Source: Malacoraja senta
Taxonomy: Eukaryota
Direction of reading: 5' to 3'
Length of the DNA: 64,000 bases
Assembly: GCA_038087875.1 (NCBI GenBank)
Contig: CM075998.1
Coordinates: forward strand, 5,396,001 to 5,460,000
The position numbers and the translations under genes were made by a program. How positions within the stretch are numbered: position 1 is the first letter of the stretch; each line of letters starts with the position of its first letter. Positions 12,296-24,003 of this stretch are shown in pieces. A model generated the notes under the pieces. It was not told where the DNA came from. It worked only from the letters and a program-made list of their open reading frames with translations, and ran no database searches.

Positions 12296-13002
12296 ATTTC
12301 AAGGAAGAGCCGTGAGTCAACTGCTCGTCCACCAGCCGTGAGTGAGCTGCCAGCACATCAGGCTTGAGTGACTGAGCTGTCACCCCAAGAATCCATTTGG
12401 CCCACAATGTCCATACTAGCCCTCTGGAAACCAGTCCCTTCAGCCCACAATACCCATACAAGCGCTCCAGAAAGCCCCCCCCCCACTGGCCACCAATATT
12501 AGAATTGGTGGAGAGGTGGAATATTGCGTTGGGGGACCAGCCCTCCCAACGGGTCCCACTTAGTCTAGTATATCTATATAACTAAAAGTCTCATCTTGAC
12601 CACTTCCTGTCTGCACTGTATATTGATTTTAGAAAAAACACTACCATATATTGCTACGTTTTTTGGCTACCTTACTCACAGTCCTCCGCTGAGGCAGACC
12701 TGAGGATTTTTCCCATTGATGAAAAGTAAAAAAGTTATGAGTGTTTAAAATATCTTGAGATCAGCTGATTGGTCCTCTCGCCTGTCAATCACCACAATGA
12801 AGGTAACGCCCCTTGCGGGGGGGGGGGGGTCAGGACTACAAAACCCCGGATGCCTGGACGTGAGTCAGTCACTATGGCAGATCGCAAGGGAGAGTCCACA
12901 ACTGTGATTCTAAGCTGTGAATCAACTGAACTGTGAGTCTGCAATGTACTTGCAATAAATGATTTGTTAGCCCTTAATAACAATGCAATGAGTTGTTTGG
13001 CA

Positions 13003-14093
13003 ATTTGGTGGCCTGCACTCTGGATGAAATGCTATGAAATTGAATTTGGTGGCCTACACTGCCTGAAATGCTATGAAATTGCGTTTGGTGGCCTGCACTC
13101 TGCCTGAGATGCTATGAAATTGGGTTTGGTGGCCTGCACTCTGCCTGAATTGCTATGGAATAGAGTTTGGTGGCCTGCACTCTGCCTGAGATGCTATGAA
13201 ATTGGGTTTAGTGGCCTGCACACTGCCAGAGATGCTGTGAAATTGGGTTTGGTGGCCTGCACACTGCCTGAGATGTTATGGAATTGAGTTTGGTGGCCTG
13301 CACGCTGCCTGAACTGCTATGGAATTGAGTTTGGTGGCCTGCACTCTGGTTGAAATGCTATGGAATTGAGTTTGGTGGCCTGCACTCTGGATGAAATGCT
13401 ATGAAATTTAGTTTGGTGGCCTGCACTCTGCATGAAATGCTATGGAATTGAGTTTGGTGGTCTGCACTCCGCCTGAAAAGCTATGGACTTGAGTTTGGTA
13501 GCCTGCAATCTGCTTGAAATGCTATGGAATTGAGTTTGGTGGCCTGTACTCTGCCTGAGATGCTATGAAATTGAGTTTGGTGACCTGCACTCTGCCTGAG
13601 ACGCTATGAAATTTAGTTTGGTGGGCCTGCACTCTGCCTGAGATACTATGGAATTGAGTTTGGTGGCCTGCACTCTGCCTGAGATGCTATGGAATTGATT
13701 TTGGTGGCCTGCACTCTGCCTGAGATGATATGGAATTGAGTTTGGTGGCCTGCACTCTGCCTGAAATGCTATGGAATTAGTTTGGTGGCCTGCACTCTGC
13801 CTGAAATGGTATGGAATTGAGGTTGGCGGACTGCACTCTGCCTTAGATGCTATGGAATTGAGTTTGGCGGCCTGCACTCGGCCTTAGATGCTATGGAATT
13901 GAGTTTGGCGGCCTGCACTCTGCCTGAAATGCTATGGAATTGGGTTTGGTGGCGTGCACTCTGCCTGACATGCTATGGAATTGAGTTTGGTGGCCTGCAC
14001 TTTGCCTGAGACGCTATGAAATTGAGTTTGGTGGCCTGCACTCTGCCTGAGACACTATGAAATTGAATTTGGTGGCCTGCACTCTGCTTGAAA
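13003..14093 (+). repeat. 41-bp minisatellite (~26 copies)
   Basis: Unit TGCACTCTGCCTGAGATGCTATGGAATTGAGTTTGGTGGCC. Confidence 0.95.
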
Positions 14094-14104
14094 TAGAATA
14101 GCCG

Positions 14105-14330
14105 TGAGTGAACTGCCAGCCCACCAGCCCTAAGTGACTGAGCTGCCTGCCCACCAGCCCTGAGTGACTGAGCTGCCAGCCGACCAGCCCTGAGTGACTG
14201 AGTTGCCAGCCCACTAGGCCTGAGTGACTGAGTTGCCAGCCCACCAGGCTTGAGTGACTGAGCTGCCAGCCTGCCAGGCCTGAGTGACTGAGCTGCCAGC
14301 CCACCATGCCTGAGTGACTGAGTTGCCAGA
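14105..14330 (+). repeat. 30-bp minisatellite (~7.5 copies)
   Basis: Unit TGAGTGACTGAGCTGCCAGCCCACCAGGCC. Confidence 0.9.
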
Positions 14331-14506
14331 CCAAGAATCCATTCGGCCCTCTGGAAACCAGTCCCTTCAGCCCACAACACCCATACTAGCGTTCCAGAAT
14401 TCCCCCACTGGCCACCAATATTGGAATTGGTGGAGAGGTGGAATATTGTGTTGGGGGACCAGCCCTCCCTTGTGAACATGGGACCCAATGGGTCCCACTT
14501 AGTCTA

Positions 14507-14564
<58 letters not shown>

Positions 14565-14697
14565 ATTTGAGAGTGTGTCTATGTACACACACACTGAACT
14601 TTTTTTCTCTCTTGTTTATTATATTGTTTACAGTGTACTATGTTTACATTTTGTGTTGTGCTGCTGCAAGTAAGAATTTAATTGTTGTATCTGGGAC

Positions 14698-17600
14698 AAT
14701 AGTAAGATTAAACGAGAACTTACCAGTTTGAAGTTTGATCTTTATTTTATGAGGAGTTACGATGAGGGATTACGTGAAGAGCCCGCCAGTCCAGCACGTG
14801 CGTCAATCTTCAAAGCAGCGGTGTGAAATCACAGATAACAGTTGTTGAACTGAATATAGTAAGATTCGAGAAACTAGAACTACCAGCTGACTTTTATGAG
14901 AGAGGGTTGGGAGCGGAGGGCATGTAATCCCTCATCGTAACTCCTCATAGAAATAAAGATCAAACTTCAAACTGGTAAGTTCTCGTTTAATCTTACTATT
15001 TCACTTCGGAGTCACGTGAGTGACTACGTGAAGATTTTAAAGCTCTGTGATTTCATGCCGGATACGAGTCCAGGCGTCACACACTGCATCAGTTGACCAT
15101 GGATGAGTGAAAAAGATTAATGCATTCAGACATGACATAGTTTGTTAAAAATGCTGATGCTTAATCATCAAAGGAAATTAATAGTGACCCTTCCCGTCCT
15201 GGGGGGAAACTATGAAACAGAACATAAATGGAATTGGCAAATACCCCCGGTCTGGCAATGGGTATTATAAAAAGTTGGAAAGTTCGTTCGTTTGACCATC
15301 CTACAGCCACTAGGATGTGGTCCAGTGGAATGTACATAACACTGCTGCTGATGTTGTAGCAGCCCTAGTGGAGTGAGATTTGAAAAAATTAGTATCTACT
15401 CCTGCATAAGCCAAAACCCCGTTTTGACCACCTGGAGATGGTCTGGATTGATATCTTTAATGAGGTTTTAGTAACTAACAATCATTGCTAGTGCAGAGCC
15501 TCTAAAGCTCTAGGTGACCCTTGACGTATTGTTGTAAATGTGTGACCACACACAACCAAAGGTCCATGGGGTATGCCATGAGAAATTGTTTGGGACCTGA
15601 CGCCCCTGGTCTGCTCCGCTTAACTACATCATAAACATAAAATATATATTAATAGAAGATGTAACCATCCTGTCCAGTCGCAATTTAAGTAGTGGCTGGA
15701 CCAGTTGCGCTGAGACTAGCGCCATGAGCAGAACCACTTTGTAAGTGAGTTGACCAGGGATAGATGTAGCTAGGCCCTACTGGCGAAGCAGTTAAAGAAC
15801 AATACTAACATCCCATATCTCTGAGTACCTGGGCCTGGGAGAATTTGCATTATAGATATCCTTTATAAATCTGGATATCAGAGGATGAGACCCGACAGAG
15901 TGGGTCCCGATCGCTGCAGCAACTATGATGAGGAAGCACGTTGGCACAGTAATGGTACTATAACTTAATCAATTGTCAAAGACCCATCTGAAAATGACAT
16001 TAGTTATCCGTGCCGTATTATATGTAACATTGGCATTGAAACAAAACACTTCCCATCTCCTGATGAGGAAAAATGTGCTGCTTTCTTGGTGCTATCCCTG
16101 CACTCAGCAGTGAGCACGTACATAGATCAGTCTGGCAACCCGACCCCCCGAACGGTCTTCTCAGAGTCTGCAAGGCTACACATTGATTTTATCATGCAGA
16201 GGATGGTTACCCGAGTCACGGGGTGAACCACCAAATTTTTGTGTTTAGGATAAACATATAAGATCCTATTATCATTCCCAACATTTAGCGGGAATCATGG
16301 CTGCATAGGCCAGTCAGGCAGTACGAAATGCCTGAGGCGAGATCTTGCTGGATTTTGTGCAAGACCGGACTGATGAGGCAAAATGGAGGAAAGACATAAA
16401 GAGCATTCCTCCTCAGTGTGGCGAGAATACATCTGTTGCCACTGTGCTACATATTTTTACAATGGTGATAGAGCCTGGATGCAAAACATATTGATATTCG
16501 GTGTTCCATCGAAGCACAATGTCATTAAATATTTTGTGATACAACATCCATTCTGTGTTGTCATGGATTTTTACGTGATGATACACCTAGTGTCTTATAG
16601 GTAGTTGATACCATATAACTGAAAATAGGTAACTCATGCAAAGCCCAAATTCACAGCTGAAAAACACAGCCGCTAATTGCCAATTACTCTTGATGAATAG
16701 AGGCTGCTTCATAACAACAAGGTTGTTACAGGATTTAATTAATTCCAATCTCTTGCCGCAGGGCGGAGTCACAGCAAATTAATAGAGTTAAAGGTAAATC
16801 ACAATAATCCATAACTCTAGTTGGTATCAACTTAAATTTAACTGGATGGATGCCGAAACAGTTATTTTTAGCAAAATACAGCGTTTTAGAATCATGTAGT
16901 TAGGCCATAACAAGTGTTTTTGAACTCTAAGCAGCCCAAGCACTGGTTTTGCTATGTTCATTTTGTCAAAAATAAGTATTACCAACTTGTAAAAGGTCCA
17001 CATACCCCATGTTTCGGAAAGAACCAGACCCACCTACCTTCATGGTTACCGGTGGTCTTATGGTAAGCCCAAAGGCCCCTGATGCGGGTTCTATTTCCAT
17101 CCTTGATTGGAGAGTAGGACTGGCAGGGTACGTGGATCCCATATTTTTCCTGAGACCTTGGCCTAAAAGCCCTCTGCCCAGCTTGATGGCTGCCACCAGC
17201 TTCAGTGAACCGCTTACTGCCAATGGAGGCGTGGGGTGTATTGTCGCCGAAACGATGAGGCTGTACTCGTAGTTCGACAGCTTTAGCTCCCTCATGCAGG
17301 TCTCACCTGTTGAATAAGTTTACCTGAAGAGAAGATTCGGCGGCTGGTTTCCTAGGTGTCCATGCCCCTCCACCGTCACCCTTGATAGCGCTGTTCACTG
17401 CCGGCACTTTCAGGAACTCCAGTATGTGCCATGGAAATACACCGAGTTTGGAGTCAGTTCACACTGACCCCGACTGCTCCCCTGCTCAGAGAGGGAGACA
17501 GTGTACAGCCCTGTACACAGGTGCTGTTGCCGCGGGCCCCGCAGAGACCCGCGGTGATATAACTCCCTCCTTGGAGCATACCATTGTGGAGCACCTCTCC

Positions 17601-18174
17601 ATCAGGTGCTCCATGTGGGTTAGACGCCCAAAGAACGCTACCCTTTGAAGGAGGGGATCCTCTCCATCAGGAATCCTCCTGGCCTGACTCGTTTGAGTCA
17701 ACGGGCCGTACAGACTTTCTCTGTGGCTACCCTCCAAGCGGGTTTGCCAAGGTGCTGCCGGCACCAGTCTGAAGCCGCTGGCTCCACCCCCAGCGACTCG
17801 GAAGGCTAATTTGACCACCGTCACTAACACTTCCGCGGTCTCTGTAGCCGGTTCCCTGCGGTCCGTGGCCGGGAACCCCCGAGGTCGTGACCGGGATTCC
17901 CCACGGTCCGTGACTGGGACGCGGTCCATAAAGGTTTCCCCGCGGCCCGTCCCGACTTCGCCCCGAATCCAGCAGGAACTCTGTAAAGGAGATTCCTGCA
18001 GAGAAAAAACATAACCTGGAAAGTTTGAAAAAATCTTACCTGCAGGTTTAAACTTACCGCTGGCAGGAGCTGCGCGCCTGCCAGCCAGCGTTGCGCAATG
18101 CGGTAGACGTAATGACGCGCATGCTGGACTGGCGGGCTCTTCACGTAGTCACTCACGTGACTCCGAAGTGAAAT
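14698..18174 (-). mobile_element. Decayed DIRS1-type retrotransposon, copy 2, with intact termini and ICR
   Basis: Inverted terminal repeat core TACGTGAAGAGCCCGCCAGTCCAGCA at ~14771 vs ~18121-18147; ICR 14924-15034; tyrosine recombinase, methyltransferase-like (YVFPPF ~16380-16400) and RT remnants. Confidence 0.9.
15260..16150 (-). pseudogene. DIRS tyrosine recombinase remnant
   Basis: Minus-strand translation FKSHSTRAATTSAA...PLDHILVAVGWSNERTFQLF (HSTR at 15364-15375); frameshifted; boundaries approximate. Confidence 0.8.
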
Positions 18175-18295
18175 AATACACTCTTGACTCTCTTGTATTG
18201 ACTAATCTCCAAGCCTGTCTCAGCAGTGACCACAAATCAGAATTTGTATTCAGACTTGAATTTTGACTCAAATTAGCAGCAAGTGCAGAAACAGA

Positions 18296-19060
18296 ATGCT
18301 GGAGTAACTCAGCGGGTCAGGCAGCATCTGTGGAGAACATGGATGGGTGACGTTTCACAGAGTGCTGGAGTAACTCAGCGGGTCAGGCAGCATCTGTGGA
18401 GCAAAGGAAATGGGCAACCTTTCGGGCCGAAACCCTGAAGGAAATAGGCAACGTTTTGGGCCGAAACCCGGAAGGGTTTCGGGCCGAAACGTTGCCTATT
18501 TCCTTCGCTCTATAGATGCTGCCGGAACATGGATAGGTGACGTTTCACAGAGTGCTGGAGTAACTCAGCGGGTCAGGCAGCATCTGTGGAGAACATGGAT
18601 AGGTGACGTTTCACAGAGTGCTGGAGTAACTCAGCGGGTCAGGCAGCATCTGTGGAGAACATGGATGGGTGACGTTTCACAGAGTGCTGGAGTAACTCAG
18701 CGGGTCAGGCAGCATCTGTGGAGAACATGGATAGGTGACGTTTCACAGAGTGCTGGAGTAACTCAGCGGGTCAGGCAGCATCTGTGGAGAACATGGATAG
18801 GTGACGTTTCACAGAGTGCTGGAGTAACTCAGCGGGTCAGGCAGCATCAGTGGAGAACATGGATAGGTGACGTTTCACAGAGTGCTGGAGTAACTCAGCG
18901 GGTCAGGCAGCATCTGTGGAGAACATGGATAGGTGACGTTTTGGGTGGGGACCCTTCTTCAGGCTGAGGGAGGATTCCAACCCGAAACGTCATCTATTCC
19001 TTCTCTCCAGAAATGCCGCCTGACCCGCTGAGTTATTCCAGCATTTTGTGTCTATCTTCG
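18296..19060 (-). repeat. 66-bp array (~8 units) with internal palindrome, plus inverted PLE arm
   Basis: GACGTTTC every 66 bp from 18539 to 18869; palindromic insert 18402-18525; decayed head GACCCTTCTTCAG at ~18950. Confidence 0.9.
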
Positions 19061-19212
19061 ATATCATCTCTTAGAGTCATGGAGTCGTAGGGATAGAATC
19101 AGCGAAAAACAGGTGCAGGAGTAGGCCACTCGGCCCTTTGAGCCAGCACCGCCATTCAATATGATCATGGCTGATCATCCAAAATCAGTTCCTCATTCCT
19201 GCTTTCTCCCCT

Positions 19213-20052
19213 TTCGTCTGCAGCGGCCTCTGCAGTCCGTCTGTCTTTTTATTATTTTTGTCTCGTTTTTATGTAGTTTTTTATTATTTTTTTGTCGGGG
19301 TATGTGTGTGGGGGGGTGGGGACTTTAAAATCTTTCCCCTGCACGGGAGACCCGACCTTTTCTTTGTCGGGTCTCCGTTGTCGTTGGGGCTGGGCAACGT
19401 GGAGCGGCCTCCAGCAGGAATGACCTGGGGCTCCCGTGGAGCTGCGGACTACTCACCGTCACGGGGCTGGCCGAGTCCGGAGCGGGTGGAGCTGTGGTGG
19501 AGACAATCGCTGCTGCGACCGACCCCCGGAGATTCGGAGGCTACAACCGCGGGTCTGTGGGACGGCAACACCGGAAGCCCGCGGGTCCCTGGTGGGAGAC
19601 CGCTTTTCGGGGCTTCCGCAGCGGCGACTTCTCCCGCCCGAGTTGCGGGGTTGAAGAGCACCTGGAGCGGGGCTTTACATCATCGCCCCGCGCGGCTTGG
19701 AATGGCCGCCGGACTTTGCGGGCGCGTGCCGGGGCTCTAACACCAAGACCCGGTGCGCGACCTTGCATCACCCGGCGTGGCTTAAATGGCCGCGGGATAA
19801 TCACCATCGCCTGCCGGGGGCTTTGACTTTGACTCTGACATCGGTGGGGGGGGGGGGGTAAGTGCAGTGGAGAGATACGTTTTCTTTTGCCTTCCATCAC
19901 AGCGCTGTGATGGATGTATGTGTAAATTGTGTTGTGTCTCGGGTCTTCTTCGTTTTGTAATGTATGGCTGCAGAAACGACATTTCGTTTGGACCTCAACG
20001 GGGTCCAAATGACAAATTTGTCCAAAAGACAAATAAATTGAATTGAATTGAA
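19213..20052 (+). mobile_element. GC-rich non-autonomous retroelement with (TTGAA)n tail, inserted in a CR1 tail
   Basis: Splits CR1 sequence CTTTCTCCCC|TATCCCTTGATTCC; 3' hairpin TTTGGACC...GGTCCAAA, AATAAA and short tandem tail; no recognisable coding capacity. Confidence 0.65.
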
Positions 20053-20399
20053 TATCCCTTGATTCCGTTATCTAACTCTCTCTTGAAAACATTGCGATTA
20101 CTTTTCATCCAAGTGACTTTACTAATCAGTTACCAAGAGTTAACAGTTTGCAACACAGTTAAAACTATCTTTCAACATGACCCTGAAGTAAACTGTTCCT
20201 TTAGCATGCTCTGCGATGGCAACATTTCTCGGAGAGTGAGACGGAGTATTGAACTTACGGAGCAACAGTGATCAGTCAATGTAAACGATATTTCAACGGA
20301 TGCCATGACCCCAAAGGGTCAGGAGAATGGAACTTTCAAAGTATGAAGTGCATGAGAGCCAAGTGTTGTTTCAGGCCACATGTGCTGCTGAAGAAAGGA

Positions 20400-20835
20400 A
20401 TGTGTCGACTGGGCTTGTATTCACTGGAATTTAGAAGGATGAGAGGGGATCTGATAGAAACATATACAATTCTTAAGGGATCGATCAGGCTAGATGCAGG
20501 AAAAATGTTCCCGATGTTGGGGGAGACCAGAACCAGGGGTCACACGCTTTAAGAATAAGGGGTAGACCATTTAGGACTGAGATGAGGAAAAACCTTTTCA
20601 CCCAGAGAGTTGTGAATCTGTGGAATTCTCTGCCACAGAAGGCAGTGCAGGCCGATTCACTGGATGTTTTCAAGAGAGAGTTAGATTTAGCTCTTAGGGC
20701 TAACGGAATCAAAGGATATGGGGAGAAAGCAGGAATGGGATACTGAGTTGGATGATCAGCCATGATCATATTGAATGGTGGTGCTGGCTCGTAGGGCTGA
20801 ATGGCCTACTCATGCACCTATTTTTTATGTTTCTA
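20400..20835 (+). mobile_element. CR1 3' fragment
   Basis: RLGLYSLEFRRMRGDLIETY and CR1 3' UTR. Confidence 0.9.
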
Positions 20836-21024
20836 AATCAAAGCCGCAGTCTCCCTTTTCAGATGTAATTGTCAATTTTGGACACTGGTGATCATTGACA
20901 CAGGTGGTCTGTGATCTTATGTTGCAACAGATTCAGTTATAAACTGATGTCACAATACAACCAAAAATCCTCTTCTGATTTCAGCATGATTGCACCGTCT
21001 CATCTCATGCACCAGAAATACAAT

Positions 21025-21343
21025 GCTGCACGGTGGCGCAGCGGTAGAGTTGCTGCCTCACAGCGCCAGAGACCCGGGTTCCATCCTGACTACGGGTGCT
21101 GTCTGTACGGAGTTTGTGCGTTCTCCCCGTGACCTGCGTGGGTTTTCTACGAGATCTTCGGTTTCCTCCCACACTCCAAAGACGTACAGGTTTGTAGGTT
21201 AATTGGGTTGGTGTACGTGTAAATTGTCCCTAGTGTGTGTAGGATAATGCTAGTGTGCAGGGATCACTGGTCCGTGCGGGGTCGCTGGGCTGAAGGGCCT
21301 GTTTCCATGCTGTATCTCTAAACTAAACTAAAACTAGACTAAA
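21025..21343 (+). mobile_element. V-SINE (HE1-like)
   Basis: A/B boxes, core, (CTAAA)n tail. Confidence 0.85.
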
Positions 21344-21545
21344 AGCAGCCAACGTAATCAAAGACTTGTCCCTGTCCCACCCAGAAGGGTGAAAGCTCCG
21401 CACCACCAGACTCAGGAACAGCTTCTTCCCCTCTGTTATCAGGTATCTGAAAGGCCCTTCCACAAGCTAGACTACTGTCCGATTCACCTCGACCCCATTG
21501 CGGACATTGGACTTTGTCTCCGGAACTGATGCGCTACAATGCTGA

Positions 21546-22334
21546 AACAAAGAACCGCAGATGCTGGTTTATACCAAAGATAGACATAAAGTGCTTGAGT
21601 AACTCACTCTGAAGAAGGGTCCCGACCTGAAACGTCACCCACCCTCTTTCTCCACAGATGCTGCCTGACCAGTTGAGTTACTCCAACACTCTGTGAAACG
21701 TCACCTATCCATGTTCCCCACAGATGCTGCCTGACCCGCTGAGTTACTCCAGCACTCTGGGAAACGTCACCTATCCACGTTCTCCACAGATGCTGCCTGA
21801 CCCGCTGAGTTACTCCAGCACTCTGTGAAACGTCACCTATCCATGTTCCCCACAGATGCTGCCTGACCCGCTGAGTTACTCCAGCACTCTGGGAAACGTC
21901 ACCTATCCATGTTCCGGCAGCATCTATGGAGCGAAGGAAATAGGCAACGTTTCGGCCCGAAACCCTTCCGGGTTTCGGCCCGAAACGTTGCCTATTTCCT
22001 TCAGGGTTTCGGCCCGAAAGGTTGCCCATTTCCTTCGCTCCACAGATGCTGCCTGACCCGCTGAGTTACTCCAGCACTCTGTGAAACGTCACCTATCCAT
22101 GTTCCCCACAGATGCTGCCTGACCCGCTGAGTTACTCCAACACTCTGTGAAACGTCACCTATCCATGTTCCCCACAGATGCTGCCTGACCCGCTGAGTTA
22201 CTCCAGCACTCTGTGAAACGTCACCTATCCATGTTCCCCACAGATGCTGCCTGACCCGCTGAGTTACTCCAGCACTCTGTGAAACGTCACCTATCCATGT
22301 TCCCCACAGATGCTGCCTGACCCGCTGAGTTACT
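21546..22334 (+). repeat. 66-bp array (~9 units) with internal palindrome behind hammerhead head
   Basis: CTGAAGAAGGGTCCCGACCTGAAACGTC at 21609; palindromic insert 21915-22040. Confidence 0.9.
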
Positions 22335-22804
22335 GTGAGGCAGCAACTCTACCGCTGCGCCACCGTGCCAGGCCGCCAGGTGTGGACTCGCACAAAGACG
22401 GGGCCAGTTCAGGACAACAGATTCCTTTCCCTGAAACGAATGGCTGAACCAGATAAGTTTTGAAAACAACCCAGTAGTTTTATGGTTGCCATTATAAAGA
22501 TTAAAAAAACATGTTTTGGGAATTTGAACTGTACTTAATTACTTGAATGTAGACTTCTAAATGAGTGAATTTGAGTTCATATCTGTAAATCATAGACACA
22601 TAAAGATACTGGTTCAGAAACCTATCTGCATGGTAATACTGTCTAAGTGGCTCTATTGACTCCCACAGACACTGGGCACATACAGACTGCTGAAAGGGGT
22701 TAAGTGGATGAAAACTACTGTCATATTGTGTTAGACATTATCACCATTATAGTATCCAGAGTATAGTGAGGACAGAGAAAAAAGCGTTTTAAAATGTCAC
22801 CGTG

Positions 22805-23078
22805 TAGTTTGGAGACACAGGGCCTTTCGCCCACCAACTGCGTGCCAACCAGCGATCCCCGCACACTAACACTATCCTCGAGGGACAATTTACAATGTAA
22901 AATTTGCAATTAACCTACAAACCTGCACGTCTTTGGAGTGTGGGAGGAAACCGAAGATCTTGGAGAAAACCCACGCAGGTCACGGGGAGAAGGTACAAAC
23001 TCCGTACAGACAGCACCCGTAGTCGGTATCGAACCCGGGTCTCTGGCGCTGTGAGCAGCAACTCTACCGCTGCGCCAC
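22805..23078 (-). mobile_element. V-SINE (HE1-like)
   Basis: Reverse complement of the SINE copies above. Confidence 0.85.
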
Positions 23079-23503
23079 TGTGACTGAACCAATGAAACCA
23101 TTAAAACCTACTGATATAAAATGAAGGTAAACACACAGTGTTGCAGTAACTCAGCGGGTCAACTCTCCGGAGTAAGCTGATAGGTGGCGTTTTGGGTCGG
23201 GACCCTTCTTCAGACGGATTTTTCGGTTATACAGGCATTTGGATGGGCAAGGGCTGATTAGGGATAGTCAGCATGGTTTTGTACGTGGGAGGTCGTGTCT
23301 CACTAATCTGATTGATTTTTTTGAAGACGTGACCAATAAGGTCGATGAGGGCAGAGCTGTAGATGTTGTGTACATGGACTTCAGCAAGGCGTTCGACAAG
23401 GTTCCACATGGTAGGCTGCTCTGGAAGGTTAGATCGCATGGGATCCAAGGAGAGATAGCTGAATGGATAGCAAATTGGCTCCATGGAAGGAAGCAGAGTG
23501 TAA

Positions 23504-24003
23504 TGGGCCTGTCCCACAGGCGACCTTTTAGGCGACTGCAGGAGACTATGCAGTCGCCACATGGTCGCCACATGTTCGCGGGTGGTTGCCGGGGAGTCGC
23601 CTTCGTGATCGTGAGTTGTTCCCACATTCCGGGAACTAGTCGCAGCCACATTATGGTCGCCGTGAATTTTTCAACATTCTCTCCCTCCTCTCCCCCCCCT
23701 CTTTTAAAGGACTTACGTGACCCTTCCCGTACACTGTGCTTTCACCGTCTCAATTACAGCGCCAACCTTCCTGTTCATCGCGGTGTGTGTCTGTATCACA
23801 TTGGCTTTGCTCCGTGTGAATTTCACTCCCCCCGCTTGACCTGTCCCCCGCCTGCATAACGGGCTGGTGAAGGAAGCGATGTGTGTGTGTGTGTGTGTGT
23901 CCCACTTTGAGTCACTGTTCCAGTCAACTATTTTTCAGCGACCTGCTACGACATGACAGTCGCCGGCAGTCACCTGAAAAATAGCCTAAGTGGGACAGGC
24001 CCA
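23504..24003. mobile_element. PIF/Harbinger-type MITE
   Basis: 14-bp TIRs TGGGCCTGTCCCAC/GTGGGACAGGCCCA; TAA TSD at 23501-23503 and 24004-24006; removing it restores the CR1. Confidence 0.9.

Larger units (their letters stand above)
4921..12568 (+). mobile_element. Non-autonomous Helitron 1 (interrupted by DIRS copy 1)
   Basis: Starts TCTATATTACTAAAAG after A4920, ends GGGTCCCACTTAGTCTAG before T12569; no TIR; homologous at both ends to 12573-14507; internal ~330-bp module duplicated (4945-5260, 5480-5820). Confidence 0.75.
12573..14507 (+). mobile_element. Non-autonomous Helitron 2
   Basis: 5' TCTATATAACTAAAAG, subterminal hairpin TGGGACCC-AAT-GGGTCCCA (14479-14497), 3' CTAG, inserted at A|T within (TA)n. 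Confidence 0.8.

Noticed and set aside
5837..18174. One 12-kb DNA transposon bounded by long inverted repeats
   Set aside because: The inverted ends are the 5' termini of two separate, oppositely oriented DIRS copies, each with its own 3' end and target junction.
19258..20032. GC-rich ORFs or host CpG-island promoter
   Set aside because: The region is an insertion that splits a CR1 tail and ends in a retroposon-type tail; the ORFs show no recognisable domain.
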